Below, piece by piece: positions 1 to 11,065 of a stretch of 64,000 nt of DNA (the first letter of the stretch is position 1; every line of letters begins with the position of its first letter). Position numbers and translations under genes: made by a program. Origin of the DNA: Dimorphilus gyrociliatus (Eukaryota; Animalia; Annelida); assembly GCA_904063045.1 (NCBI GenBank), contig CAJFCJ010000010.1, forward strand, positions 620,001 through 684,000. Reading direction: 5' to 3'. A model generated the notes under the pieces. That model searched no databases. It saw only the letters and a list, made by a program, of their open reading frames with translations, and was not told the DNA's origin.

Positions 1-489
1 ATTAAAGGGGGGAAGAAAAGGAAGAGGTCTTTTTAATGAATAAGTTATTTAATTAAGAATAACTAGTCTAATGATCGATTGTCGTTTCTCAAACAGTCTA
101 AAACGGCCAACGTTATTAAAGAATATTCAATTATATACGGCACATCCCATTTCGAAACATTCTTGATCGATATCCAACGCCTTTCGCCGAGATAAGCGTC
201 GCTCGGGCCGTCGTCCATCGTATCTCTTTATCGAAATCGATTTTTCCCCCTTATACGGTAAGCTAAACTTTTTCCTTTTCCATGTAATTTTGTTTTTTTT
301 CTTATTATTATAATTCCAATAATTTTTCCGTTAGTTATTCATTTAGTTTATCTATTATTAATAATAGAAAATTTACAGTTCGTAACCCAGTCTTTAATTC
401 AATGTTATTCTATTATTTGTTTATTTATTAACTCTTTCTTTGATACGAAGGTCTGCTTAATCAAACGTCAATCGCCTCCCTTCTTGCAG

Positions 490-665
490 TCACGGCCGAC
501 GGAGGAAATGAAAAGATCGATCGACGCGAATATAAATGGTACAGAAATTCTCCCCTTTCTCTTTTCGACAACTGCAATAGCGATGAGCAATATCGAATTA
601 GGCTCGCGGCCATAACTCTCTACTTAATACTTTACATAATTCCGCTTGCCTACTGCAGAATTTGA
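490..665 (+). CDS. Possible terminal exon of a plus-strand gene entering from the left edge; C-terminal hydrophobic tail (TM or GPI-signal-like)
   Basis: AT-rich intron-like 258-489 with strong signals (CG|GTAAGC, TTCTTGCAG|) between CpG-rich blocks. The phase-1 join reads ...IEIDFSPLY|VTADGGNEKIDRREYKWYRNSPLSLFDNCNSDEQYRIRLAAITLYLILYIIPLAYCRI*. AATAAA at 1012. The upstream exon frame is unresolved (in-frame TGA at 164) and no family is recognised. Confidence 0.3.
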
Positions 666-1899
666 CGGAATATATATGCTTTATGTGAAAAAGCTTATAA
701 AAACACATATAAAGCCTTTATATATTTTTTATACATAGTATATCCTGACATGGTATACTAATATGCATTCATATATAAATTATTCTTTTCCTTTCCTTTC
801 TGTTCCCTCTTGCTTTCCCATTCATTTCTCTATCTCTAAGAAAACTTGGCTGTATAAAGCTCGAAATTACAGAATCAATACGAATTGCGTACCCGCTTCA
901 CTATCCTGTCTACGCCTTTCTTTCTCACTCCTCTATCTTTCCCGCGTAAGTGCAAAAGGTCGTAGACGCTTTTTTCCAGTTTTCCAGTTCCTTAGATAAG
1001 ACGCTTATGTCAATAAAAAAAATGGTAAAAGTGGGGAGGAAATACCCGAAAATTTAAGTAAAAAAGGAATTCACCGAAAAGGAAACGACATTAAAAAGAA
1101 TCTTGGGAATTCTTTTTCTATATTTTCTATATGTCATATCTGTAATTATCCCTTGGAAGATTATAGGCCGAAGGTGATTAGTAGCTATCGGATTGCATAT
1201 ATTTGACAGGAATCCCACCATACGTCGGTCTAATAGGCCTATAATTGTACTAGAGTGACTCTATAAGAGTTACGATTCTGCTTTTTTTCATTGATGCTTT
1301 TCACAAACGTGACATTCTGTTGTTTCATAATTTACTTGTTGCCTTAAAGAAAACTTTCTTAAAGTAAAAGTCATAAAATGAGAAATAGGCCTATAAAAAT
1401 ATTTCCGTGCAATATTGTATTCACAATTGGAGTTAATTTCTTTTCCACTTTTTTCCATACAATGTAATTCAAAAAGTCACGTGATGTTTTAAATAAAATG
1501 TTAAAATTAAACAATACATGCAGGCGCACCAGCCGTTTATGTCCAACAGTTTTCATATAATACAATGCTGACGGAAAAGTCTTCATCAGAACACTTGCCC
1601 GCCAAATGATCGTCTAGACGCCGCAAATAATTAAATGTATAGGCAGACAAAGAGTTATGCAAACGATTCTCGATTATCGAAGCGTCTCTTTGTTTAAATA
1701 GGCATATAAGGCAGAATAACTATAAAAGACCCCTTTTTCCTCTTAATTCAAGAATAATGGAATAGGCGTGTAAAAATCTGGGATGACGATTTCGAAATAG
1801 ATGTTCGACGTTTTTTACATTGATCTGTATATAGGTCTATATGCATAAATTATAATATGAACTAGTCTATTTATGGAACAATTTATTGGGCGTCGTCAA

Positions 1900-2750
1900 A
1901 AATCGATGAAAGAAGCGCTGAAAAACAAGTCAATTAGGCCTAATTGTATAAACCGTACCCTCTTCGTACCAGAGATTACCATGGTAATAGGTAAAAACAA
2001 GGCGCCAGGTGTCGTTTTTGTGTAAGAATTATGAATGATTAAAAGAGACGCTTTACCTGGCTAGGAAAAACTATCGAACGCTTTGCTAGATGTTTGCTAG
2101 CAGTAAACATAGCATATTCTGATCGCGAATTCATGCAAACGAAAATGACGAGACGCTCGCGACCCTAATAGCGTAATTAGACGCCTAAAAAGTAGGAGAT
2201 GCTCGCGGCGGCGTTGTAAGATTCGTTAGTTAATTATCAGCTAGTTTAAGTGGCTTTGGTCAGAACAAAGTAATTGCACAAAAGCGTTCGAATTAGCAAT
2301 AAATTCTCGAAAGACGCGCGAATAAACCGTCCAATTAGGGGCGTCGGTCCGTCGGCGATAAATTAATAAAACATATCGAACGAGATTCGAATCGCAAAAA
2401 TTTCCGAGTCTAGCAAACAAGCCTCAATTATTCGCGCCGTCAACTTTCTCGAACGCTTCGGCGAACAGCGTCTCCGAGTATATTTTTCTAACGCATAAGT
2501 TTAACGTCTACTCACACGTGTCAAGTAGAGGAAGAGTATAAGGTCCGACGAAAAGCAGCGTCTTTTTTCAATTGACGCCCATAAGCGTCTAACGTAGTTA
2601 GAAAGCGGCACGAAAAAGTAGTGCGGTCTCAATGGTATCTGTACGCGTACTGCAAATAATCCGTTGCGGAACCGTGCGCCACTTTATATGCGGCGTCACT
2701 TCCGGTGTAACTACGGTGACGAAATTGGCAACGCCCTAAACGTTTATACA
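1900..2750. promoter_or_regulatory. CpG-rich promoter/5'UTR-like island
   Basis: Dense CG dinucleotides in an AT-rich background; ETS-like CACTTCCGG near 2697-2705; minus-strand donor CCAG|GTAAAG at 2057. No convincing ORF. Confidence 0.35.
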
Positions 2751-3087
2751 AGCCTATTCTAGATTAAATGATAAATTTCTTAGAAGAAGAAAAAAAAAGA
2801 GAGGAAAATTTTCCGAACTAATTTCGATTTTCCCATCACGAATCTTGCTCCCTTTCGCAATCATCATCAAATTCTAAGTTTTTTTTTATTGTTATTCTAA
2901 AAAGGTGAATATTCCTTAAAAAATCAATTAGTAGATAGTTTTAAAAAATATAGAATTAATTAAAATATAAAACGAGGAAATATAACCAAAGGACACAAAA
3001 CAAAAAAGAGAAAACACTAGTAAATAATATACATTTTTCATTCAGTAGGCCTACAATGCAAGTTTGCCGTCCCACCGCCAGATGGCA

Positions 3088-6000
3088 TTAAACATCAGCT
3101 GCTCGGCAAATCGAAGCAACGTCCCTATCCGAATAACCTTTTGCCTTCGCGACTTTCAAGAACTGATATAAAACAAATAATATCGTTAATTTACGGAAAT
3201 AAATAATCAAATGATAAACGGTCTAATTATAGCGCATCAATTCTCAATTAATATAAATTATATTACGAGGTGGCGCTGTCAAATAGGAATTCTATTTGTT
3301 TCTATTACTGAAAACAACGGATTATTCTTACTTCATTAACTGCACTAGTCACGTGCATAGGTTGATCAATCGAGTTTGCCATATCCATAACTAACTGCAC
3401 ATCCTTTTGCAAATGTTTCAAATGGAAAGTTGGTTCAAAATGACTGAGAAGCATATCTGAGAGAAAACAAATAATAAAGAATGATTAATTCTTCTTTAAG
3501 ATTAGAGAAATTGCTTAATCAATAAGACTGATTGTTTCTTTTACCGTTTCCTTTCGATGATAAAAGTTCACAGTTAGCAGTAGTGTGTCGAAGAACTTGA
3601 ATCACGTGGTCCTGATCTAATCCTGACTTGTCAGCTAATACCAAACTTTCAGCCAGTGCTCCAAGCATATTCGCCTGAATAATCGACATAATCAACGCCA
3701 TTTTTGTTCCATTTCCGATTTCGCCTGAAATTGAGAAGCCGTGTTAAGAAATATAACGGAGAAACGAGTGCCATTTCTCTTCCGGTCAGGTGACACACAG
3801 CGGACCTATTTTTCTCTCAATTCTAGAGTTTATGCTATCTTCTTTCTTTTAGTTAAATTACTTTTTTTTCTCACCTAAAAAGAACCATTTCTTGCTCATA
3901 GCCTCAAAACAAGTGAAACAATCGTCATAGAGCGACCTATCGCCGGACGCCAGGATGACGAGCTGGCCTTCGGATGCCAATTGCTTATTTCCGCAGACGG
4001 GAGCGTGAAGAAAATTACCGCCTGCCGACGTGACCGCCTGAAAAAGATTCTTAATGAAAAAAAAGAAAACCTCAAATAATAATAGTAAATAGAAATTTCT
4101 AGGTCTTTTCCCCGCTTCCCTCTCTTTCTTATTTAATCCCCTCTTTCCTATTCGCATTAACCAGAAAACGGATTTGTTTTAATAAAAGAAAAAGCTGGTC
4201 TCAAAAGGTCTAGACAAAATTAAAATTCTAACATCATAAATATGTCTTGTAGTTGTGACATCAACAGTTGACATATCCACAAAGCCTTTTCCGTTGCTGA
4301 TTCCTTTCAGAACTCCATTTTTGCCGAAAACAAGCTATAAAAACAGAAAATTAATTAGAATGGAATATAAAAGATAGCCCACGGAGAATATCTATATGTA
4401 ATTATGCATGAACATGCAAATACAAACAAGAAGTAGGTTTTCAGTAGAAATAGAGGGCGAGGTTAAGGCTATATTTGGTACTTCAATACTTAAAAGTTTA
4501 ATTAAGTAAAAACTTTGACATCACATTTAAGGAGAAGTCAATTTTTTAAATAGAGCCACTTGCTTAGTGAAATCCGTATTGAAAAACCGTCCTAATTGTT
4601 TGTTAAGCTATAGAAAAACCGAGCATTTTTTTTCAACGTACAATTCTTTATACACATAGATATATGGCTAAGTATACATTACTGATAAAGCAAACAATTG
4701 AGTAGTGCACTCGAAACTATACGCTCTCCACTAATTTTCCTCCATTATATAGATAAAGGCTTCAAAATAAACGGAAATATGAACAGGATATTTCCAGTTC
4801 GTTCTACTTATTTAAGTCTTAGAACTAGTGCACTCATCTGTTTTTTTTCAAGAGGTCTCACAAACTTCCGGTATAAAAATTTACCACCTAAAGTCGATTG
4901 CCGAAGAAAATCGATTAATCGTTTAAGCTAAGGACTCATCATTAATTAATAAAATATTAACGACAGTTAGAATTTATTCTTAATTGTAGGGCGTTCCTAA
5001 GCAAATTACAAATAGATTAGAATTATAACAGATATGATTGTTTGCTTATTTTTTTTTTTCTAAGATAAAGTTGCTCTTATCCAATAATAAAAAGATTATT
5101 ACAAGAAAAAAGTGATAACCTTGAGAGAACTTCGCTTACCTCTTTTAAGGCATCCGGATCAGAAACGCAAGAAAACGTTATATCACATCCACTTACAACT
5201 TCTTGTGCTGATTTTTCCAACAAAGCTCCAGCCTTTGTTAAGTCTTTGCACTGTTAAAGAATAATTTGGATGATAGTATTAGGATTCTTATTGCAAACTT
5301 CATATTTTATTCATGTTTTTAAGTGATAGGAGATGATCTAATTGGATCAAATGGGCCAATAAATAATGTGTAAGAATGAAGGAAATAGAGCAGTCCAATG
5401 GAAAAGTTTATTGTAAATCTTATATTGAGCTAGAGCTAATTTCCTAATTACAATTCCCAAATAGATAGAATTAGCACCCTACTCGATAATTTACTATTCT
5501 CAAAACGTTAATCGATTAATATCCGCTGAGCGCCAAATATGTGCGCATGCGCATATCACACAACCTTTAGCAGACGACATACTTCTGAACCAACAGTTTC
5601 TCCTCAAAAATTTAAAAAAGCCAATTTTTAAGACGATATTGGCGTTATCTTTGTTTATTAAGATATTCGGTGCTCGGCTAAATATTTAAAATAGCATATT
5701 AGAAGGGCGATCAGGTTTGTAAAGGATTTTTGAGATAATTATTTTTTAATAATAATTTGTTTTGATAAGATTCGTGCGTACTTGGAATTATATGTTATAT
5801 GCGCATATTGTCTTGTTTATATGCTACTTAGAACGAAAACATTTACTAGAATTCCTGACAACAGAATTAAAATTAGCGCTAGTGACCTATAATATTCCTT
5901 TGTATTGAACAAAACGGTGAAAGGATCAAGAGACAAGCTGTCACTGTTGGATTTTTCAATTACACAATACGCTTGCGCCTTCTTATAATAAAAATCTGAC

Positions 6001-9000
6001 GCCCTTCTCACAGATGATTTTACGCTGTAATTCACTCTTTTTCGGATTGTTTGCAAAGCTACCCTTTTTTGTATATCATTACATTGTATATCGATCGGTT
6101 GAAACGAATTCTTTTAAGTGAACAACGCGTCACTAGAAGACAAACGCTTATGGCGATAAGATAAGAAAAACAAAGCATATTCCAGCAGTAAAAGCTAATC
6201 AATTCTTTGTTCGTGAGTCGATATATGATAGCTACATAAAAATGGAACGCTGAGAAACGCCCTTGAAACGCATATTATAATAGATCGTTAAAAGCTTTAT
6301 ACAGTATAAAGTCTGGCGATATGAATAAATTAATGTTCTTATTAATAAATAAGTATAATCTGTCTAACTCAATAAGTCAGATGCAGGGCACACGTAGTCT
6401 AAATCGGTATCGAATATAAACAATATACAGTTATATAGGTCTAAAAAAATGTTATTCTTCCATTTCTAACAGATGCTTAAGGAAAAGCTGAGATGACATG
6501 GTTAAGGTTTGTGAAGAACGGCCAGTTATACTTCCTGTTCTTTATCATTCCGTCAATAGCGACAAACTTATGCCCAAAGGAATGCAAATGCTATAAAACA
6601 AATACTGCAGCGTGCAATTTTAGAATCAGTAAACTAACGAACAATTCGTTAGCTGGATTACCAACAGGATTAGCGGGACTCGACTTAAGCTCATCGAAAA
6701 TTGATGAATTAGACCCGGAATGTTTCGGGAATCTAACATCACTTCGTTCTCTGAACATATCAAAAACATTTTTAAAAACTGTTCCCAATGGCATTTTCAA
6801 GAAATTACAGAACCTACAAGTTTTGAATCTAAGCTATAATTTGCTCAAAAATATTAACCTTCAAGATTCGACTGCAAGCCGAGTAGACCTCTCCTACAAT
6901 CTTTTTAAGAATTTTGAAGTTTGTCATATGCCATTTGCAAGTCACATTACTCTACGCCATAATCATATTCAGAATATTGAATGTAATAATAGATCGAAAC
7001 TAGTCGAATTGGATTTATCTGAAAATCATTTTAACAGCCTTAACTGGTCGAATTTTGATGGTTTAAACCGATTGCGATTACTAAATTTATCATCCAATTT
7101 CATCCGACATCTAACTCGAGGTTCGAAGAATCTAATCGATTTGCAAGAATTAGATCTGAGCCGTAATTCTTTCGCTGTCATTGATGGAGGTGACTTGTCC
7201 GCCTTTCTTAACCTTAACCGACTGCACTTGAATTATTTAAAGCGTCTAGAAAGAGTCTCGTTAGAGGGACTAATAGAATTACGTTATCTCAGTCTAACCA
7301 ACTGCCCTTTGTTGGCTCACATAAATCCAACAAGCTTCGACGGTTTAAACTCTCTGGAGACGCTCGATTTGAGGAGAAACGCCTTGACTAGCATGACACG
7401 CAAGCTGGTAGAAAATCTATCGACTTTAGCGTCCCTTCAACTGGCTGGTAACAAATGGATTTGCGATTGCGAGATGACATGGATAAACGATGTCAATTTT
7501 CTAATCGACGACGCTAAATGCTCTAGACCTAGGCACTACGCTTCATTAAATCTTACGGAATCAACTGGAAATCTAACATGCTCAGAGCCAGTAATATTAG
7601 AGCACACAATAGTAGCAAAAAAGGCCATTGGAAAGTCGGTTATCTTGGAATGTCTAGTTACTGGAACACCTCGACCGAACGTTACATGGATATCAAATAG
7701 GGGGCGTCACATGATGTATCGAGAAGACCCCCAAACATCACACTCACCAAATATATGGCACAAAGCGACTTATTATGCAAGCCATCTAGACGATATAGAA
7801 GAAAGAGTGAAAGTGCTAAAAAATGGTAGCCTATTAATCGAATATGTTCTAAGAACGGACGCAGGAATATATTACTGCCAAGCAGGAAATGCAAGTGCCG
7901 CCGTTAGATTTCGCCTCGACTTTTCTATAATAGGACGCATTGAATTGTATACTTGTCTCATAGGCTTACTAACTGCTGTTGGAATGGGTGTTCTAGCGTT
8001 AGTAATTTCAATCATAAAATACTTGGCCTGGCTGTGTAGTAAAGAGCAAAGACAGAAAAGAAAGTCGGTAAAACAAATACTAACTTCGTTGGGCACCTAT
8101 AAAAGCGCCAAATTCGACCAATTGCACGCTTATAAAACAGCTAAAATAGATGCTTTAAACAAATACAAAACCAGAAAAGTGTCTAAGATGAAGACTTATA
8201 AAAAAGCGACCTTCGGTACAATGTATGCACAAACCACTCGTATGAGGGTTTATTATCACGAGCAAGTAAACAGAATCAGGGAGCAGTGCCTACAGCAGTC
8301 ATTAAAATTACGAGAATCTTATAAGAATATGGATTATGCTGGTAGATTGAGGGAACAGTATACTTGTCAGTTGAGTAAAGTAAGGGATTATAGCTCCGAA
8401 CAGTTGTCCAAGTTGCACGCTCAATATAAAATCCAACAGCAACATTTAATTAAATTGATGGAATTACTAAACATGACAAGTTGCAAATCAGCAATAGAGG
8501 CAGAATGCTTAAGAACAGAAAGTCTTTTATTTGACTTCGATTTGGATTTTGACCAGCACGCTGTTCACGTTCCGCCAATGAAAATGGATGAATTAGATGA
8601 GGCAGATGCTGAATCATTGATGATGAATTCAGATCCGTCACCTCATCCCAAGCGTAAAAGACTACATAAAAAGCGACATTTGACTGACGAACATTCAGAC
8701 GACGAAGACGATATACTAGTTGAAAATTACGGCCCCAAAGAAGACGATGGATCACATCTCAACAATGAATCAAGATTAAGAAAGAAAAGGAGGCAGAAAC
8801 AGCATCGTACATCGGTTGTAGTTGAAATAGGTAATTATGGTACAAGACAAGAGGAGGACGAAGAGCTTCCTTGTTGTTCAGATAAAGTTTAAGAAATTTA
8901 AAGATATTGCACAAAATCACTATAAACACTTTTCTCGTTAATTATTATGCCAAAAACTAATAAGTTATCTTAATAAATACTGATTTATGTTTTAATAATT

Positions 9001-10333
9001 TAATTTTTAATCCCAATGGAAATGTCGCTTTTGTACTAGTTTTTGAGTTCGCGAGGGTTAGTGAAAGATAGAGCGAGACATGCATATATTCATTTCATTT
9101 TCACTTACCTTTGAATTACTCCTATTCCAAATTGTCACTTCGTGACCACTTCTTAATAAATTAGCAACCATGCCGTGCCCCATATTTCCAATGCCAAGAA
9201 ATCCGATTCGTTGCGGTGTTGGTATAGTAGAAGTTGGGGTTGCAGTTGCCGCCAAAACTCCCGATTCTCTTTTAGGAGTTCCATCTCTGCTCGTTTGCTG
9301 TACAAGTTAAAAACATTTGTATTTAAAAATGTTTCAATCTTTTTTATCGTATTTACAGAATTAGTATCATCTTCTTCTACTCCCCAGGTAAATTTCGTGC
9401 TGTGACGCCTCATACTCTGAATAACAATTCAATGTCTTCATCAATGAATTATTCAAATACAATTTATAAAGAATCCTACATAATAAATTATTACTAGTCT
9501 ATAAGAAAAAAAAAGATATAATATGCATGTTTTTACCGCTTCGGTTGAGGATTCGGCCAATTCTGATTTTGCTCCAGCAGTCTTTGACTTTTTAACTTCA
9601 GATGAAGCTGTAGATGTTACAGGTGATGATGTTCGTTTTGGAGGCTAGAATTTTTCAACACAAACAAATGTAGAAAATATTAGATATAAAATTAAACATT
9701 TAAAATTAATTACCCTGCCCCTAGGTTTTTTATCACGTTCTTTTTCTTCAACAAGAGAAAAGAAGGCTTTTTCGTCTGGAGATTTAAATGGCTGCAAAAA
9801 TTGTTCTTTAAAATCACAACAATAAATATAAAGTTTTCATTTACTTCAAGAGGAGCATTTGAATCTCTTGTCTTTTCTAATTCTGCTACGGCATCTTTCA
9901 AGCTTTTTTTCGCATTCGTTGGAAGGAACTTATCTTTGTTTTCTTCATACGGATGAAGTTGGTCTTCAGCTATCCAGGCGCTATGCAAATTTGGTTTAAC
10001 AATAATAGAGATCTATTATCCAATTTATACATACTAGTTTTTGCTACCAAAAAAATAAACGAATTTCTGCGATTTTTTATTATGTGATTTCTTAACTTCT
10101 GAGTTTGGCGTTACGATCTGGACGTTTAAATTGTTTAAATTAAACATACGAATATAAAGAACAGATCAAAATTTAAAAGCGTCACTTGGCACTCAGATAT
10201 ACAAACCTTCCCGGGCCATTCTCGATATCCTTTCATCTTCGCCCTGGAAAATTAAAATTTTTTTTCAATTAATTTTTATTTGTTATGTAATGATATACAC
10301 TTACCAGACATAATCGTTTTGTTTAAGCGACAT
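3088..10333 (-). CDS. GLYR1: GLYR1/N-PAC/NP60: PWWP + AT-hook + 3-hydroxyisobutyrate-dehydrogenase-like domain, about 491 aa
   Basis: 14 GT-AG exons: 10305-10333, 10207-10243, 10035-10117, 9845-9980, 9714-9791, 9537-9644, 9357-9416, 9109-9297, 5140-5250, 4233-4334, 3875-4037, 3545-3724, 3332-3456, 3088-3162 (1476 nt). PWWP: WAKMKGYREWPGKIV...FVYFFGSKNYAWI. AT-hook KKPRGRPPKR forms across an exon junction. Rossmann motif IGFLGIGNMG; CDITFSCVSDP, FVDMSTVD, FLHAPVCGNKQL, FHLKHLQKD. Confidence 0.95.
5542..5553. promoter_or_regulatory. NRF1/Ewg-type palindrome TGCGCATGCGCA; likely promoter of the nested LRR gene
   Basis: Perfect NRF1 consensus inside GLYR1 intron 8, upstream of a plus-strand donor (CAG|GTTTGT, 5715) and an acceptor (TTCTAACAG|, 6472) just before the LRR gene ATG at 6493. 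Confidence 0.5.
6493..8892 (+). CDS. Type I membrane LRR-Ig (LIG family) protein, 799 aa, single coding exon, nested in GLYR1 intron 8
   Basis: Signal peptide; LRRNT CPKECKC; about 12 LxxLxLxxN repeats; LRRCT NKWICDC; I-set Ig (VILECLVTGTPRPNVTW...DAGIYYCQA); TM LIGLLTAVGMGVLALVISII; long helical then acidic/basic cytoplasmic tail. Confidence 0.93.
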   Translation: MTWLRFVKNGQLYFLFFIIPSIATNLCPKECKCYKTNTAACNFRISKLTNNSLAGLPTGLAGLDLSSSKIDELDPECFGNLTSLRSLNISKTFLKTVPNGIFKKLQNLQVLNLSYNLLKNINLQDSTASRVDLSYNLFKNFEVCHMPFASHITLRHNHIQNIECNNRSKLVELDLSENHFNSLNWSNFDGLNRLRLLNLSSNFIRHLTRGSKNLIDLQELDLSRNSFAVIDGGDLSAFLNLNRLHLNYLKRLERVSLEGLIELRYLSLTNCPLLAHINPTSFDGLNSLETLDLRRNALTSMTRKLVENLSTLASLQLAGNKWICDCEMTWINDVNFLIDDAKCSRPRHYASLNLTESTGNLTCSEPVILEHTIVAKKAIGKSVILECLVTGTPRPNVTWISNRGRHMMYREDPQTSHSPNIWHKATYYASHLDDIEERVKVLKNGSLLIEYVLRTDAGIYYCQAGNASAAVRFRLDFSIIGRIELYTCLIGLLTAVGMGVLALVISIIKYLAWLCSKEQRQKRKSVKQILTSLGTYKSAKFDQLHAYKTAKIDALNKYKTRKVSKMKTYKKATFGTMYAQTTRMRVYYHEQVNRIREQCLQQSLKLRESYKNMDYAGRLREQYTCQLSKVRDYSSEQLSKLHAQYKIQQQHLIKLMELLNMTSCKSAIEAECLRTESLLFDFDLDFDQHAVHVPPMKMDELDEADAESLMMNSDPSPHPKRKRLHKKRHLTDEHSDDEDDILVENYGPKEDDGSHLNNESRLRKKRRQKQHRTSVVVEIGNYGTRQEEDEELPCCSDKV

Positions 10334-11065
10334 TTTATCCAGATACCGCTCAGTAACTTTCCGGATATCCTGAAAAGTACAACTAATATCCAGACGGAGT
10401 TAGGATTAGCAGCATATCGGGAAATGACTACATGTTTCCTTATCAAAATTTGGTCATAGTGATCTAAAGCTAGGAGAAATTACAGAAATTATGATTGTAA
10501 ACTGTCATAGATTATTTTTTTTTATAATTAAAGGATTAAAAATGATTTAGTGCCTGCATTTTGCGATATATTTTATCAGTTTCATGGAAACGATGGTATA
10601 TATACCACTCGTTTTCATCATAGATAGAACGAAATGGCAAAAAATGGCGCTTTAAAAAAAATTCGTTTTTTAATTTCAATTTTTTAGCTGAAATTGACTT
10701 GTTAGATTGTTTTTTTCAGCTTATTATTACAAATATATATATGGCTATTCGTTGAATGCTTTAGTTTTGACCTGAAACTCCACTTAGTTGAAAACATTAG
10801 ACATTTATTTTCCTTTTAAAAGTTAAAAAATGATTTTACTCACAAACCAACAGCTCTATATGAAAATAGTTATAGAACTCACGTCTGTTCATATTTTTAA
10901 TTTAGTGCTATATCTCTTTGTAAAATACATTGAAAAATCGAGAATGTACATATATTTGTTTTACAGTTGAGTAATCAGGAGAAAGCGTTGAATTTTCTTA
11001 ACATATTACAGATTTTAAACTAATAAAGTACAATTAATTAAGAGGTTATTTTAAAAATAATCAAA
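10334..11065. promoter_or_regulatory. Bidirectional promoter region shared by GLYR1 (-) and GCNA (+)
   Basis: Divergent start codons 732 nt apart; YY1-like AAAATGGCG at 10641-10649; GCNA 5'UTR acceptor TTTTACAG| at 10966. Confidence 0.6.

Noticed and set aside
6591-8755. Minus-strand ORFs 6591-6800, 7682-7894, 7872-8096, 8450-8755
   Set aside because: Antisense shadows of the LRR-Ig CDS; no motifs and not needed for the GLYR1 exon chain.
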